DNA of 15,002 bases. Source: Planctomycetota bacterium (GTDB taxonomy: Bacteria; Planctomycetota; B15-G4; JADJEK01). Of the stretch, positions 1-8,602 are shown in pieces. Both the position numbers and the translations under genes were made by a program. The stretch's first letter is position 1. Each line of letters begins with the position of its first letter. The stretch lies in the NCBI GenBank assembly GCA_044225365.1, contig JBGAIQ010000085.1:1-15002 (forward strand), given 5' to 3'. The notes under the pieces were generated by a model, which saw nothing but the letters and a program-made list of their open reading frames with translations, was not told where the DNA came from and ran no database searches.

Positions 1-263
1 GCGTGGCGGTCCGAAGACCAAGATGGCATCGGTCGATGGTACGACGGATGGGGACCGCCAGGCTCTGCCTGGCATCGACGGAAGGATGCCACGCTGGAGC
101 GTGGCGGTCCGAAGACCAAGATGGCATCGGTCGATGGTACGACGGATGGGGACCGCCAGGCTCTGCCTGGCATCGACGGAAGGATGCCACGCTGGAGCGT
201 GGCGGTCCGAAGACCAAGATGGCATCGGTCGGAAGGATGCCACGCTGGAGCGTGGCGGTCCGA
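1..263. repeat. Tandem array of inverted REP-like palindrome pairs (BIME/REPIN-like), 98-bp unit, truncated at the left window edge
   Basis: GCGTGGCGGTCCGA recurs at 1, 99, 197 and 250. Units 1-98 and 99-196 are identical, and unit 197-249 is 53 bp. Each full unit holds palindrome A GGACC-GCCAGGC-TCT-GCCTGGC-ATC (52-76, 150-174). Palindrome B in opposite orientation, GAT-GCCACGCT-GG-AGCGTGGC-GGTCC, lies at 85-110, 183-208, 236-261 and partially at 1-12. Confidence 0.9.
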
Positions 264-355
264 GGAGGGCGGATCGACGCTATCATCGGCGGCTTCCGAA
301 TCGTCCCTGGTCGTCCCATCGAAGCCGACCCGAGCGGCCTCATCGATCTCTCATC

Positions 356-364
356 GGAGGAGGT
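356..364 (+). promoter_or_regulatory. Probable Shine-Dalgarno sequence of the response regulator
   Basis: GGAGGAGGT at 356-364, about 12 nt upstream of ATG 377. The match is strong but the spacing is somewhat long. Confidence 0.5.
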
Positions 365-376
365 CAGTTTCACGGC

Positions 377-1057
377 ATGCGAATCCTGATCATCGAGGAC
401 GAGCCCGATCTCGCGCGCGCGATCGCCGACGCGATCCGCGAGGCCGGCATGGCCACGGACATCGCGCTCGACGGCGAAGAGGGACTCCACCTCGCGGTCC
501 ATCACGCCGTGGATGCGGTGATCCTCGATCGGATGCTGCCGAAGCTCGACGGGCTCGTCGTCCTGCGGGGAATCAAGAAGGCGAAGCCCACGCTGCCCGT
601 GCTCGTGCTGACGGCGCTCGATCGCGTCGCGGCCCGGGTCGAGGGACTCGACTCGGGCGCGGACGACTACCTCGTGAAGCCGTTCGCGATCGAGGAACTC
701 CTCGCGCGGGTGCGTGCGCTGCTGCGGCGCGCGAGCGCGAGCGCCACCTCGGCCGTCGTGAAGATCGACGATCTCGAGATCGATCTCGCCGCCCATCTCG
801 TGCGACGCGCGGGAAGGACGATCGATCTCACCCCCCGCGAGTATGCGCTCCTCGTCTTCTTCGCGAACAACGTGGGCAAGGCGCTCGATCGAACCACGAT
901 CGGCGAGCACGTGATCGACCGCGAGTTCGAGTCGACCTCGAACCTGATCGACGTCTCGATCCACGGCCTGCGGCACAAGCTCGGCGCTCCCGACCTCATC
1001 CACACCGTGCGCGGCGTCGGCTACCGGCTCGCGACGAGCGAGGACGGCAAGCGATGA
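377..1057 (+). CDS. OmpR/PhoB-family DNA-binding response regulator (CusR/QseB-like), 226 aa
   Basis: MRILIIEDE start; phosphoacceptor VILDRMLP; LVLTA; GLDSGADDYLVKPF; winged-helix C-terminus LTPREYALL...NLIDVSIHGLRHKLG...IHTVRGVGYRL. The ORF track's upstream extension (23-376) is only read-through of the repeat array. Confidence 0.95.
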   Translation: MRILIIEDEPDLARAIADAIREAGMATDIALDGEEGLHLAVHHAVDAVILDRMLPKLDGLVVLRGIKKAKPTLPVLVLTALDRVAARVEGLDSGADDYLVKPFAIEELLARVRALLRRASASATSAVVKIDDLEIDLAAHLVRRAGRTIDLTPREYALLVFFANNVGKALDRTTIGEHVIDREFESTSNLIDVSIHGLRHKLGAPDLIHTVRGVGYRLATSEDGKR

Positions 1058-2544
1058 AGTTCGTCCCGACCTCGATCCGCGTCCGCGTCGCGCTCTACAC
1101 CTGCGCGACGCTGTTCGTGTCGCTCGTCGCGGCTGCGATCCTGATCGATGCCGAGGTCCGCGATCAGGCGCTCGGTGCGCTCGACGACCGACTGCGGTCG
1201 GAGGCCGACTCGATCACCGCACTCACTCGCTTCGACGGCACGAAGTTCGAAGTCGATTTCGAGGACGAGGTGATGCGCACGTTCTCGCGAGCGAAGAACG
1301 GCGCGTACTTCCAGGTCTCGGCGCGCAACGGCGTGATCGAGAGGTCCGCGTCGCTCGGAGACGATCTCCTGCCCGCGCCGTCGCTCGAATTCCTCGACCG
1401 CGCCGAGACGAACCGCACCCGCCACACCGAGCGCACGACGATCGAACGGCCGAACGAGCCGCCCCTGCGACTCCTCACGCTCTACACGTTGCGACGCGCG
1501 ATGAACGGCGACGACTCCGACTCGCCCGGCAGCGGCGTCGCGAGAGCGCTCGCCGTCCAGGTCGCGCGATCGCTGAGTGAACTCGATCACCCCCAGGAGG
1601 AAGTGCGCGAAGCGATGGCGATCGTGCTCCCGCTCGCCTTCCTGTTCGGAACGATCTGCGTGTTCCTCGCCGCAGGACGCGCCACGCGACGCATCAAGGA
1701 GATGAGCGATTCGGCGGAGTCGATCGCATCCGGCGCGACGACGGCGCGTCTCGACGCCGCCGAGGTCGACGGCGAACTCGCGATGCTGGCGATGACGCTC
1801 AATCGCGCATTCGACCGCCTCGCGCTGCAGGCCGAGCGCGAGCGCCAACTCTCCTCGATCGTCGCTCACGAACTCCGCACGCCGATCTCGATCGCGCGTG
1901 CGCGGATCGAAGTCGCCCTGTCGCGCGAGCGCGACGCCGAGGAATACAAGAGCGCGCTCGCGATCACCGGCTCCGCGGTCGCTCGCCTCGGTGCGCTCGT
2001 CGAATCGCTCCTCGTCCTCGCTCGCGCGGAGAACTCCCGCTACGACTCGAATCGTGGTCACGAGCGCTGCGACCTGCGCGCGATCGCATCTTCCGCGATC
2101 GAGGAGGCGCGCACGGCGGCTTCGACGCGCGGCCAAGAGAACGAGATCGAAGTCACGTTGCCCGCGAGCGCGGTACCCGTGATCGGCGAGCCCATCCTGC
2201 TGCAACGCGCGATTGCGAACCTCCTGCACAACGCGCTCTCCCATGGAGCCGCGTCGTCGAAGGGGAGTGAAGGCGCGAAGCCGTCGCTGCTCCTCGAGGT
2301 CACGAACGATCGCGCGGTACTCACGGTCCGCGATCACGGCCCGGGATTCCAGGACGATCTGCTGCCGCACCTCTTCGATCGCTTCTCGCGCGCCGATGTC
2401 TCGCGCTCCCGCGCGACCGGCGGCGCGGGCCTCGGGCTCGCCATCACGCGCGCGATCTCGGTCGCGCACGGCGGCTCGGCGACCGCGCGGAACATTCCGG
2501 AACGCGGCGCGGAAGTCCGCCTCGACCTTCCGCTCGCGAAGTAA
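1054..2544 (+). CDS. Membrane sensor histidine kinase (2 TM, HAMP, HisKA, HATPase_c), 496 aa
   Basis: ATGA overlap with the regulator stop. TM1 VALYTCATLFVSLVAAAILI; TM2 MAIVLPLAFLFGTICVFLA; HAMP (GELAMLAMTLNRAFDRL); H-box AHELRTPI; N-box NLLHNAL; G1 DHGPGF; F-box LFDRFSR; G2 GGAGLGLAI. Confidence 0.95.
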   Translation: MKFVPTSIRVRVALYTCATLFVSLVAAAILIDAEVRDQALGALDDRLRSEADSITALTRFDGTKFEVDFEDEVMRTFSRAKNGAYFQVSARNGVIERSASLGDDLLPAPSLEFLDRAETNRTRHTERTTIERPNEPPLRLLTLYTLRRAMNGDDSDSPGSGVARALAVQVARSLSELDHPQEEVREAMAIVLPLAFLFGTICVFLAAGRATRRIKEMSDSAESIASGATTARLDAAEVDGELAMLAMTLNRAFDRLALQAERERQLSSIVAHELRTPISIARARIEVALSRERDAEEYKSALAITGSAVARLGALVESLLVLARAENSRYDSNRGHERCDLRAIASSAIEEARTAASTRGQENEIEVTLPASAVPVIGEPILLQRAIANLLHNALSHGAASSKGSEGAKPSLLLEVTNDRAVLTVRDHGPGFQDDLLPHLFDRFSRADVSRSRATGGAGLGLAITRAISVAHGGSATARNIPERGAEVRLDLPLAK

Positions 2545-2567
2545 CGCTCTGCGGCGCTCCGATCGAA

Positions 2568-4610
2568 CTACGTTGCGATGGCGTCGAGCGCCTGCTCGAG
2601 CGCGACGGGATCGGCGGGCGGGAGCAAGCACGTGCCTCCACGGCACACGTACGCCGCAGCCTTCCCGTCCGGCGCACTCCGCCCCTTGAGGATCGCGGGC
2701 GCATCGGGATCGTTCGCTCGCGTGCCGTCGGTGCGGAGCACGAACACGTCGGGGTGGAAGCGCCGCGTCGCGGCCGCGGTGAAGGTGCCGGCTTCGTGCG
2801 AGCCGCGCGGCGCGACGATGACGACGGCGGTTGGTTCGTGGAGCAGTCGATCGACGGCCTGCAGCATCCAGCCGAATCCGGCGGGTGCGTCTTCGATCAT
2901 CGGAGCGAATGCCTCGATCGTCTTCCGTGCCTCTTCGTGGAGGTTCGCATCGCCGGTCCAGTCGGCGAGTCGGAGCAGGTTCGTCGCCATCACCGAGTTG
3001 CCCGACGGCGTCGCGTTGTCGTAGGGATCGCGCGAGCGCACGATCAACGTCTCGTGCGTGGGCGACGTCGCGTAGAACCCGCCTTCGGGCGCTGCGAAGC
3101 GACGACGCACCTCGTTCGTGAGTTCGATCGCGTGATCGAAGTACTTGCGGTCGGGCGATACCGCGCAGAGTTCGAGCAGGCCGTGGATGAGGTTCGCGTA
3201 GTCCGAGAGGAACGCGTCGATACGCGCCTCGTCCTGACAGAACGTGCGCAGGAGTCCGCTCGGCGTGCGCATCTTCTCGAGGATGAAATCCGCGGCGCGC
3301 TCGGCGGCGGCCACGTAGTCGTTCTCGTGAAGGATCGCCCCGACGCGCGCGAGTGCGCCGATCATGAGTCCGTTCCATTCGACGAGGATCTTGTCGTCGC
3401 GCGCCGGGGGCACGCGCGACGCGCGCACGGCGAGGAGATTCTTGATCGCGGCCCGGTGGCGGGCGCGATCGGATTCGGATCCGATCTGCTCGAGGAGGTT
3501 CGTCCCGTGCTCGAAGTTGCCGCCCTCGGTCACGCCGAAGAAGCGAGCGAACTCGTTGCCCTCGATCTCTCCGAGGTGTTCGAGGATCTCGCGCTTCGTC
3601 CACACGAAGAACTTGCCCTCCTCGCCCTCCGAGTCGGCGTCCGTCGCACTGTAGAAGCCGCCCTCGGGGGCGCGCATCTCGCGCAGGACGTAATTGCAGG
3701 TCTCGCGCGCGATGCGCTCGTGGATCGGACTGCGGAAGGCATGACTCGCCTCGGCGTAGATCGGCGCGAGGAGCGCGTTGTCGTAGAGCATCTTCTCGAA
3801 GTGCGGCACGAGCCAGCGCTCGTCCGTCGCGTAGCGATGGAACCCGCCGCCCAGTTGATCGTAGATGCCGCCCTTCGCCATCTTGTCGAGCGAGAGTTCG
3901 ATCAGCGGACGGACGCGATCCTTGCCGCGCTTGCTCGCCGCGAGGAGGAAGCGAAGGTCCATCGGATGCGGGAACTTCGGAGCGCCGCCGAAGCCACCAT
4001 GCGTCCGATCGAAGAAGCTCTCGAGGGCGTCGAGACAACGGTCGACGGTGCCTTGGCTCACCGGCATGGGCGGCGCGCTCGCCTTGCCCATCTCCTGAAC
4101 GTGCTTCACCAGCATGTCGGCGGATTCCACTGCCTTGCCGCGCTGGTCCTTCCAGATCCCGGCGAGGTAGGAGAGCACCGAGAGGAATCCCGGCCGCCCG
4201 TGCGCGTCGCGCGGGGGGAAGTAGGTGCCGCCGTAGAACGGCCTGCGGTCGGGAGTGAGGAAGACGCTCATCGGCCACCCGCCGCTGCCCGTCATGAGCT
4301 GGACCGCCTTCATGTACACCTCGTCGAGGTCCGGGCGCTCCTCGCGATCGACCTTGATCGAGACGAAATGGGCGTTCAGGTAGTTCGCGATCTCCTCGCT
4401 CTCGAAGCTCTCGCGCTCCATCACGTGGCACCAATGACACGCCGAGTATCCGATCGAGAGGAAGATCGGCTTGTCCTCGGTCGCGGCCTTCTTCAGCGCC
4501 TCGTCTCCCCACGGATACCAGTCGACCGGATTGGTCGCGTGCTGCCGCAGGTAGGGGCTCGTTTCACGGGCCAGTCGATTCTTGTTTCGCGGCGATGCCG
4601 ATTCGCGCAT
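2568..4610 (-). CDS. Thioredoxin-domain-containing protein of the YyaL/SSP411 (SPATA20, DUF255) family with a C-terminal (alpha/alpha)6-type domain, 680 aa
   Basis: Family-typical motifs [43 protein letters not shown] (CxxC), [72 protein letters not shown]. Confidence 0.93.
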   Translation of the reverse strand: MRESASPRNKNRLARETSPYLRQHATNPVDWYPWGDEALKKAATEDKPIFLSIGYSACHWCHVMERESFESEEIANYLNAHFVSIKVDREERPDLDEVYMKAVQLMTGSGGWPMSVFLTPDRRPFYGGTYFPPRDAHGRPGFLSVLSYLAGIWKDQRGKAVESADMLVKHVQEMGKASAPPMPVSQGTVDRCLDALESFFDRTHGGFGGAPKFPHPMDLRFLLAASKRGKDRVRPLIELSLDKMAKGGIYDQLGGGFHRYATDERWLVPHFEKMLYDNALLAPIYAEASHAFRSPIHERIARETCNYVLREMRAPEGGFYSATDADSEGEEGKFFVWTKREILEHLGEIEGNEFARFFGVTEGGNFEHGTNLLEQIGSESDRARHRAAIKNLLAVRASRVPPARDDKILVEWNGLMIGALARVGAILHENDYVAAAERAADFILEKMRTPSGLLRTFCQDEARIDAFLSDYANLIHGLLELCAVSPDRKYFDHAIELTNEVRRRFAAPEGGFYATSPTHETLIVRSRDPYDNATPSGNSVMATNLLRLADWTGDANLHEEARKTIEAFAPMIEDAPAGFGWMLQAVDRLLHEPTAVVIVAPRGSHEAGTFTAAATRRFHPDVFVLRTDGTRANDPDAPAILKGRSAPDGKAAAYVCRGGTCLLPPADPVALEQALDAIAT

Positions 4611-4826
4611 GGGTCCGTTTCCGAATTCGAGGCGAGGACACTCTGTCCCTTGGGAGCGCCACGTTTGTAACAGAGTGCTCTCCGCACTCTCGTGCTATTC
4701 CATCGGCGCTCCGTGAACGTTCCTGAAAGGACGTTTTTGAGTTGAGCAACTCCCCGAAAAAGGCGAGACTGGTCCGTTTCCGCTGCGGCCCGGAAAGTCG
4801 GCGGTTGAGAGCGAGGCGAATCATCC
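4611..4826. promoter_or_regulatory. Divergent promoter region between the YyaL-family gene and the five-gene operon, with several inverted repeats
   Basis: 216-bp intergenic region between head-to-head genes, locally more AT-rich. Inverted repeats at 4672-4690, 4716-4735, 4739-4752 and 4777-4796. No confident -35/-10 pair identified. Confidence 0.55.
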
Positions 4827-6164
4827 ATGGCGAAACCTCAGGTCTTCATCGCGTTCCACGCCGGCGAGCCCTTCGGGGCCACTCTCGAATCCGCGCGCAA
4901 CGAGAGCGCGGAGGGTGTGATCCGGGGCGCCGGCCCGTTCTCGAGTCGACCCGAGAAATGCCTCGTCTTCCCGACTCTCGGTCGGTGCGCGAGCACCCTC
5001 GGAGTCGCGGTCTTCATCGCCGCGACGAACGATCGCCTGCTCGACGCCTTCAACGACCCCGCCGAGCGCAAGGCCGTGTTCGACGGCGTATCGCGTCTGC
5101 GGTTCGTGCCGACCCCGGTCGCCGGCAACAGTTGTGAACTGAAGCTCCTCTCGCCCCTCGAAGTCGCCGACGAACTGCGCACGAACTTCGACCTCTGGCG
5201 CCGCGCCCTGTTCACCGCCCCGATCGCGAGACCGCCCCAGGTCGAGACGCGGTTCGCCACCAAGACGCCCGACCCCGCCGCAGAACTCGCGACGTTCACG
5301 TTCAAGGGTCCCACGCTGCTCGTCGTCGACGTCGACGAGATCGCCCGGCATGGCGATCTCGATGCCGCGCTCGCACGCTTCGTCGCCGCGATCAAGGCGC
5401 GCAAGGATCTCGTCCTCGCCCCCGCTCAGGGTCAACCTGCTGGGGCCTACGAGAAGATGCTGCGCGACATCCTGACCGCAGGCGCCCGTGCCGAGGTGAT
5501 CGAACTGCCGTCGCCGGCGGACTTCGATGGCGCGCGTCACGGCTTCCCGCTCGAACTCGCGCGCAACCTCGCCCCCGCCTCGCTCGCGGCACGCGCCCTC
5601 GGCAGCGGCGGCGAGAGCATCGCGAAGCGTCCTCTCTCGCTCGCCGGCCTCGAGCCGAAACTCGCGCGAGGACTCCTGCTCCGCCGCCTCGCGAGCTCGT
5701 TCAGTTCGAGCGCGCTCGTCCCCACGACCGAACGCGTGCGGGCCTCGTTCACGCTCGGCGCAGCGCTCATGGATCGCCTCGTTCCCGAGCGCGCCGATGA
5801 ACCCTGCACCGCCGCCGACCTCACGCTCGGCGCCGAGATCGTCACGAACCTCGAGCGCATCATCGACACGGTCAACAAGCGCGCGAAGGGCGACGAGGCG
5901 GAGAACCACATCGTCGACGCGAAGAAGGCCAAGACGCGCGCGGTCCGCGCGTTGCCGAAGCTCGACGAGGAAGGCGCCCTACCGAATCCGCCGGTGAAGC
6001 GCGGCGAGTTCGTGCAGGCGCTGCGCAAGGTCTGCACGGCCGCCGTCCAGAGCGCGGGTCATCTCACCGACGCGCTCAAGGCCCACGTCTCCCCGAACAC
6101 GCAGGTCCCGCAGCACGCCGGTAAGGGCGAACCGGCCGTCGCGGAGCGCGAAACGGCGGTCTGA
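4827..6164 (+). CDS. Hypothetical protein, 445 aa, probably cytoplasmic
   Basis: Long ORF with codon style like its neighbours (CTC/GCG/ATC/CGC), a protein-like alpha/beta composition, and a stop 4 bp before the next gene. No family recognised; no signal peptide or TM segment apparent. Confidence 0.8.
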   Translation: MAKPQVFIAFHAGEPFGATLESARNESAEGVIRGAGPFSSRPEKCLVFPTLGRCASTLGVAVFIAATNDRLLDAFNDPAERKAVFDGVSRLRFVPTPVAGNSCELKLLSPLEVADELRTNFDLWRRALFTAPIARPPQVETRFATKTPDPAAELATFTFKGPTLLVVDVDEIARHGDLDAALARFVAAIKARKDLVLAPAQGQPAGAYEKMLRDILTAGARAEVIELPSPADFDGARHGFPLELARNLAPASLAARALGSGGESIAKRPLSLAGLEPKLARGLLLRRLASSFSSSALVPTTERVRASFTLGAALMDRLVPERADEPCTAADLTLGAEIVTNLERIIDTVNKRAKGDEAENHIVDAKKAKTRAVRALPKLDEEGALPNPPVKRGEFVQALRKVCTAAVQSAGHLTDALKAHVSPNTQVPQHAGKGEPAVAERETAV

Positions 6165-6168
6165 GCGC

Positions 6169-7719
6169 ATGGACGATCTGAAGCGCGACATCGCGACGGT
6201 GATCTGTCCGCGATTCCCGCTCGCGATCGACGGACTCGATTTCGGCGATGGCGGTGAGCGGCCACTGCCCGGCGGATTCTGCGTCTTCGCCGTGGATCTC
6301 CCCGCGTCGCTGCATCGCATCGCGGAACTGCGTCGCGCGCGCAACTCGCGCTGGCCCTACCTCTGCTCCGATCTCGAACGCGGCGCGGGACAACAAGTCG
6401 CCGGCCTCACGCGCTTGCCGCCGATGATGGCGTTGGGCGCTGCGAACGATCCGCAGCTCGCCTTCGCCGCGGGACGCCTCACGGCGCGCGAGGCGAAGCG
6501 GGCCGGGATCGACGTCGTCTTCGCGCCGGTCGTCGACGTCGCCGACGAGAGCGCGAATCCGATCGTCGCGACGCGCGCGTTCTCGGCGGATCCGTTCGAA
6601 GTCGCGGCGCTCGCGCCGCACTTCGTTCGCGGCATTCAGAGCGAAGGCATCGCAGCGACCGGAAAGCACTTTCCCGGCCACGGTGCGACGACCGAGGACT
6701 CGCACCTCATGCTGCCGCGCCTCTCCCGCTCCCGCGCCGAACTCGCGAGGGTCGAGGAGATCCCCTTCCGCGCGCTCATCGAATGCGGCACGCGGGCGAT
6801 GATGATCGGCCACCTGCACGCGACGGCGCTCGACGGCGAGACCCGAACGCCGACCTCGCTCTCGCACGCGACGATCGAAGGATACCTGCGGCGCGACCTC
6901 GGATTCGCGGGCTGCGTCGTCACCGACGCGCTCGACATGGGCGCCATCGCGCAGACCGGCGCGGGAACCCCGGCCGAGAATCCGGCGGTGCGTGCTCTGC
7001 TCGCGGGCGCCGACGTTCCACTGCTCCCCGCAGACCCGCACCTCGCGGCGCGCATGATCCGCGATGCCGTCACGGCGGGAATCCTCCCCCGCGCGCGACT
7101 CCGAGACGCCGCCGAGCGGATTCGCACGCTGGTGAGCGCTCCGTCGACGGCGGCCGCCTCCCACGGCGCGCTCGACCTCGCGCCCGATCCCGAAGGCGGA
7201 GCCCTCGCGCTCGCCATCGCGCGGCGGTCCATCACGGCGGCCACCCGAACTCCCGCTCTTGCGGCCCTCGCGGGGCGCGATGTCGACGTCGTGCTGATCG
7301 ACGACGGGCGCGGCGCCACGCGCTTCATGCCGTTCCTCCAAGCACTCGAAGCCGCGGGGTTGCATCCCAGCGCCTGCGCCCCCTCCGCCATCCTGTCGCG
7401 ACCTTCGGTCCGGGCCGCTGCGACGCTGATCGCGACGTTCTCGGACGTGCGCTGCAACAAGGGCCGCATCGAACTGCCGGCCGAACTCGCCGCGCTCGTC
7501 TCGAAGATCGGATCTGCGCGCGCGAACGCGATCGAGCTCTCGATCGGCTGCCCGCAAGCGCTGCGCTCGCTCGGCCCGTCGACGGCCGGACGCGCCGTGC
7601 CGCGGCTGTACGCCTATGACGACGACGACGCCTCGTTGAGGGCCCTCGCCGAGACGCTCGCGGGATCGAACGCGCCGAGCGGCATCCCCACGTTCTTGCC
7701 CGTCGGAGCCCGCGGGTGA
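6169..7719 (+). CDS. nagZ: Glycoside hydrolase family 3 beta-N-acetylglucosaminidase (NagZ-type) with C-terminal alpha/beta domain, 516 aa
   Basis: NagZ signature KHFPGHG-x4-DSH (GKHFPGHGATTEDSH, 6661-6705); nucleophile motif VTDALDMGA; also SDLERG, FAPVVDV, NPIVATRAFS, MIGH, PTSLS and LRRDLGFAG. Confidence 0.9.
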   Translation: MDDLKRDIATVICPRFPLAIDGLDFGDGGERPLPGGFCVFAVDLPASLHRIAELRRARNSRWPYLCSDLERGAGQQVAGLTRLPPMMALGAANDPQLAFAAGRLTAREAKRAGIDVVFAPVVDVADESANPIVATRAFSADPFEVAALAPHFVRGIQSEGIAATGKHFPGHGATTEDSHLMLPRLSRSRAELARVEEIPFRALIECGTRAMMIGHLHATALDGETRTPTSLSHATIEGYLRRDLGFAGCVVTDALDMGAIAQTGAGTPAENPAVRALLAGADVPLLPADPHLAARMIRDAVTAGILPRARLRDAAERIRTLVSAPSTAAASHGALDLAPDPEGGALALAIARRSITAATRTPALAALAGRDVDVVLIDDGRGATRFMPFLQALEAAGLHPSACAPSAILSRPSVRAAATLIATFSDVRCNKGRIELPAELAALVSKIGSARANAIELSIGCPQALRSLGPSTAGRAVPRLYAYDDDDASLRALAETLAGSNAPSGIPTFLPVGARG

Positions 7720-8501
7720 TTCGGCGAGCGCTCGCGGCGCTGTTGCTCGGCTCCGCGCTCGAGTGCGCCTGTTCCTCGTCGCCGACCGTCGATCGGGCAC
7801 TCCCGCCGCCACCGAGCCTCGATGGCGCCACGGCCGCGCAAGGAGCCGATTCGACGCCGTCGGTCCCGTTCTTCGGCGTGCGTCGCCGCTTTCACGGCGA
7901 CCCCGTGAAGTACCAGGGTGAAGTCGTCTTCGTGCGCCCGAATCGCTACCGCGAGACGATCGTGATCGATGGAGCCGACTCGCCGCGCGGGCGCGAGTGG
8001 GATGGCAAGACGTTTCGCGAGACCGGCAACGGCGAGACTCGCACCGCGCTCGGAACGCGCGCCATCCGCATCTTCGGCGACGTCCTCGACGAAGGGATGA
8101 TGTATCGCGAGTACGAGCGCGAACCCTCTCTCGCGATCGCCAAGCTCGAGAAGATCACGGAGTTCGCGGGAGGCAAGGCGGAAGCCTACGCGATCTCGCA
8201 CGCGCCTTCGGCGTATCAATGCGTGCTCTTCTTCGACCCCGTCGATCATCGCCTGATCGGTCTGCGCGGGCCGCGGTTCGCGGGACAAGCCCAGTACGAA
8301 CGCGAGATCCGATACTTCGATCATCGATGGATCGGGGGTCGGCTCGTCCCGATGCGCTACGAAGTGCGGCACGATGGTGAACTCGAGGACACCGTGATCG
8401 TCGACTCGGTCGAGTGGCTCGATACCGAGGACGCCGTGGAAGCCGCACTGCAGCCGGCGACGCCGAGTGCTCCGGCAGAAGGCAATCCCCCGCCGAAGTG
8501 A
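7716..8501 (+). CDS. Exported protein or probable lipoprotein, beta-rich, LolA/outer-membrane-lipoprotein-sorting-like fold (tentative), 261 aa
   Basis: GTGA overlap with the nagZ stop. Signal-like N-terminus IRRALAALLLGSALECAC-SSSP with a non-canonical lipobox, then a Pro-rich tether. Segments FVRPNRYRETI..EWDGKT, LFFDPVDHRLIG and IRYFDHRWIGGRLVPMRYEV resemble LolA-superfamily-like proteins. Confidence 0.7.
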   Translation: MIRRALAALLLGSALECACSSSPTVDRALPPPPSLDGATAAQGADSTPSVPFFGVRRRFHGDPVKYQGEVVFVRPNRYRETIVIDGADSPRGREWDGKTFRETGNGETRTALGTRAIRIFGDVLDEGMMYREYEREPSLAIAKLEKITEFAGGKAEAYAISHAPSAYQCVLFFDPVDHRLIGLRGPRFAGQAQYEREIRYFDHRWIGGRLVPMRYEVRHDGELEDTVIVDSVEWLDTEDAVEAALQPATPSAPAEGNPPPK

Positions 8502-8602
8502 TGATGGCCGCGGCGCCGAGCGAAGGACGCCTGCAACGGCTCCTCGTTTGCTGTAGGCTCGACGTGATCGAAGTCTCCCGGACGAACGCCTTCGAGTCTC
8601 GA

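Noticed and set aside
1-263. CRISPR array
   Set aside because: The sequences between the palindromes are identical from unit to unit rather than unique spacers, and there are no cas genes in the window.
3-389. ORF 3..389 and the N-terminal extensions of ORFs 23..1057 and 121..2544
   Set aside because: They are translations of the 98-bp repeat, whose period is not a multiple of 3, so the same peptides appear in all three frames. The real starts are ATG 377 and ATG 1054.
2545-2567. Intrinsic terminators between convergent gene pairs (also 12058-12073)
   Set aside because: The gaps are only 23 and 16 bp, with no convincing stem plus U-tract.
1021-4512. 1163-aa minus-strand ORF and 638-aa plus-strand ORF 2754..4670
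   Set aside because: Arg/Gly-rich or antisense shadow frames overlapping well-supported genes, as expected in high-GC DNA with few stop codons.
4672-4696. CIRCE (HrcA operator)
   Set aside because: It contains GAGTGCT and GCACTC half-site-like words, but their order and spacing do not match TTAGCACTC-N9-GAGTGCTAA.
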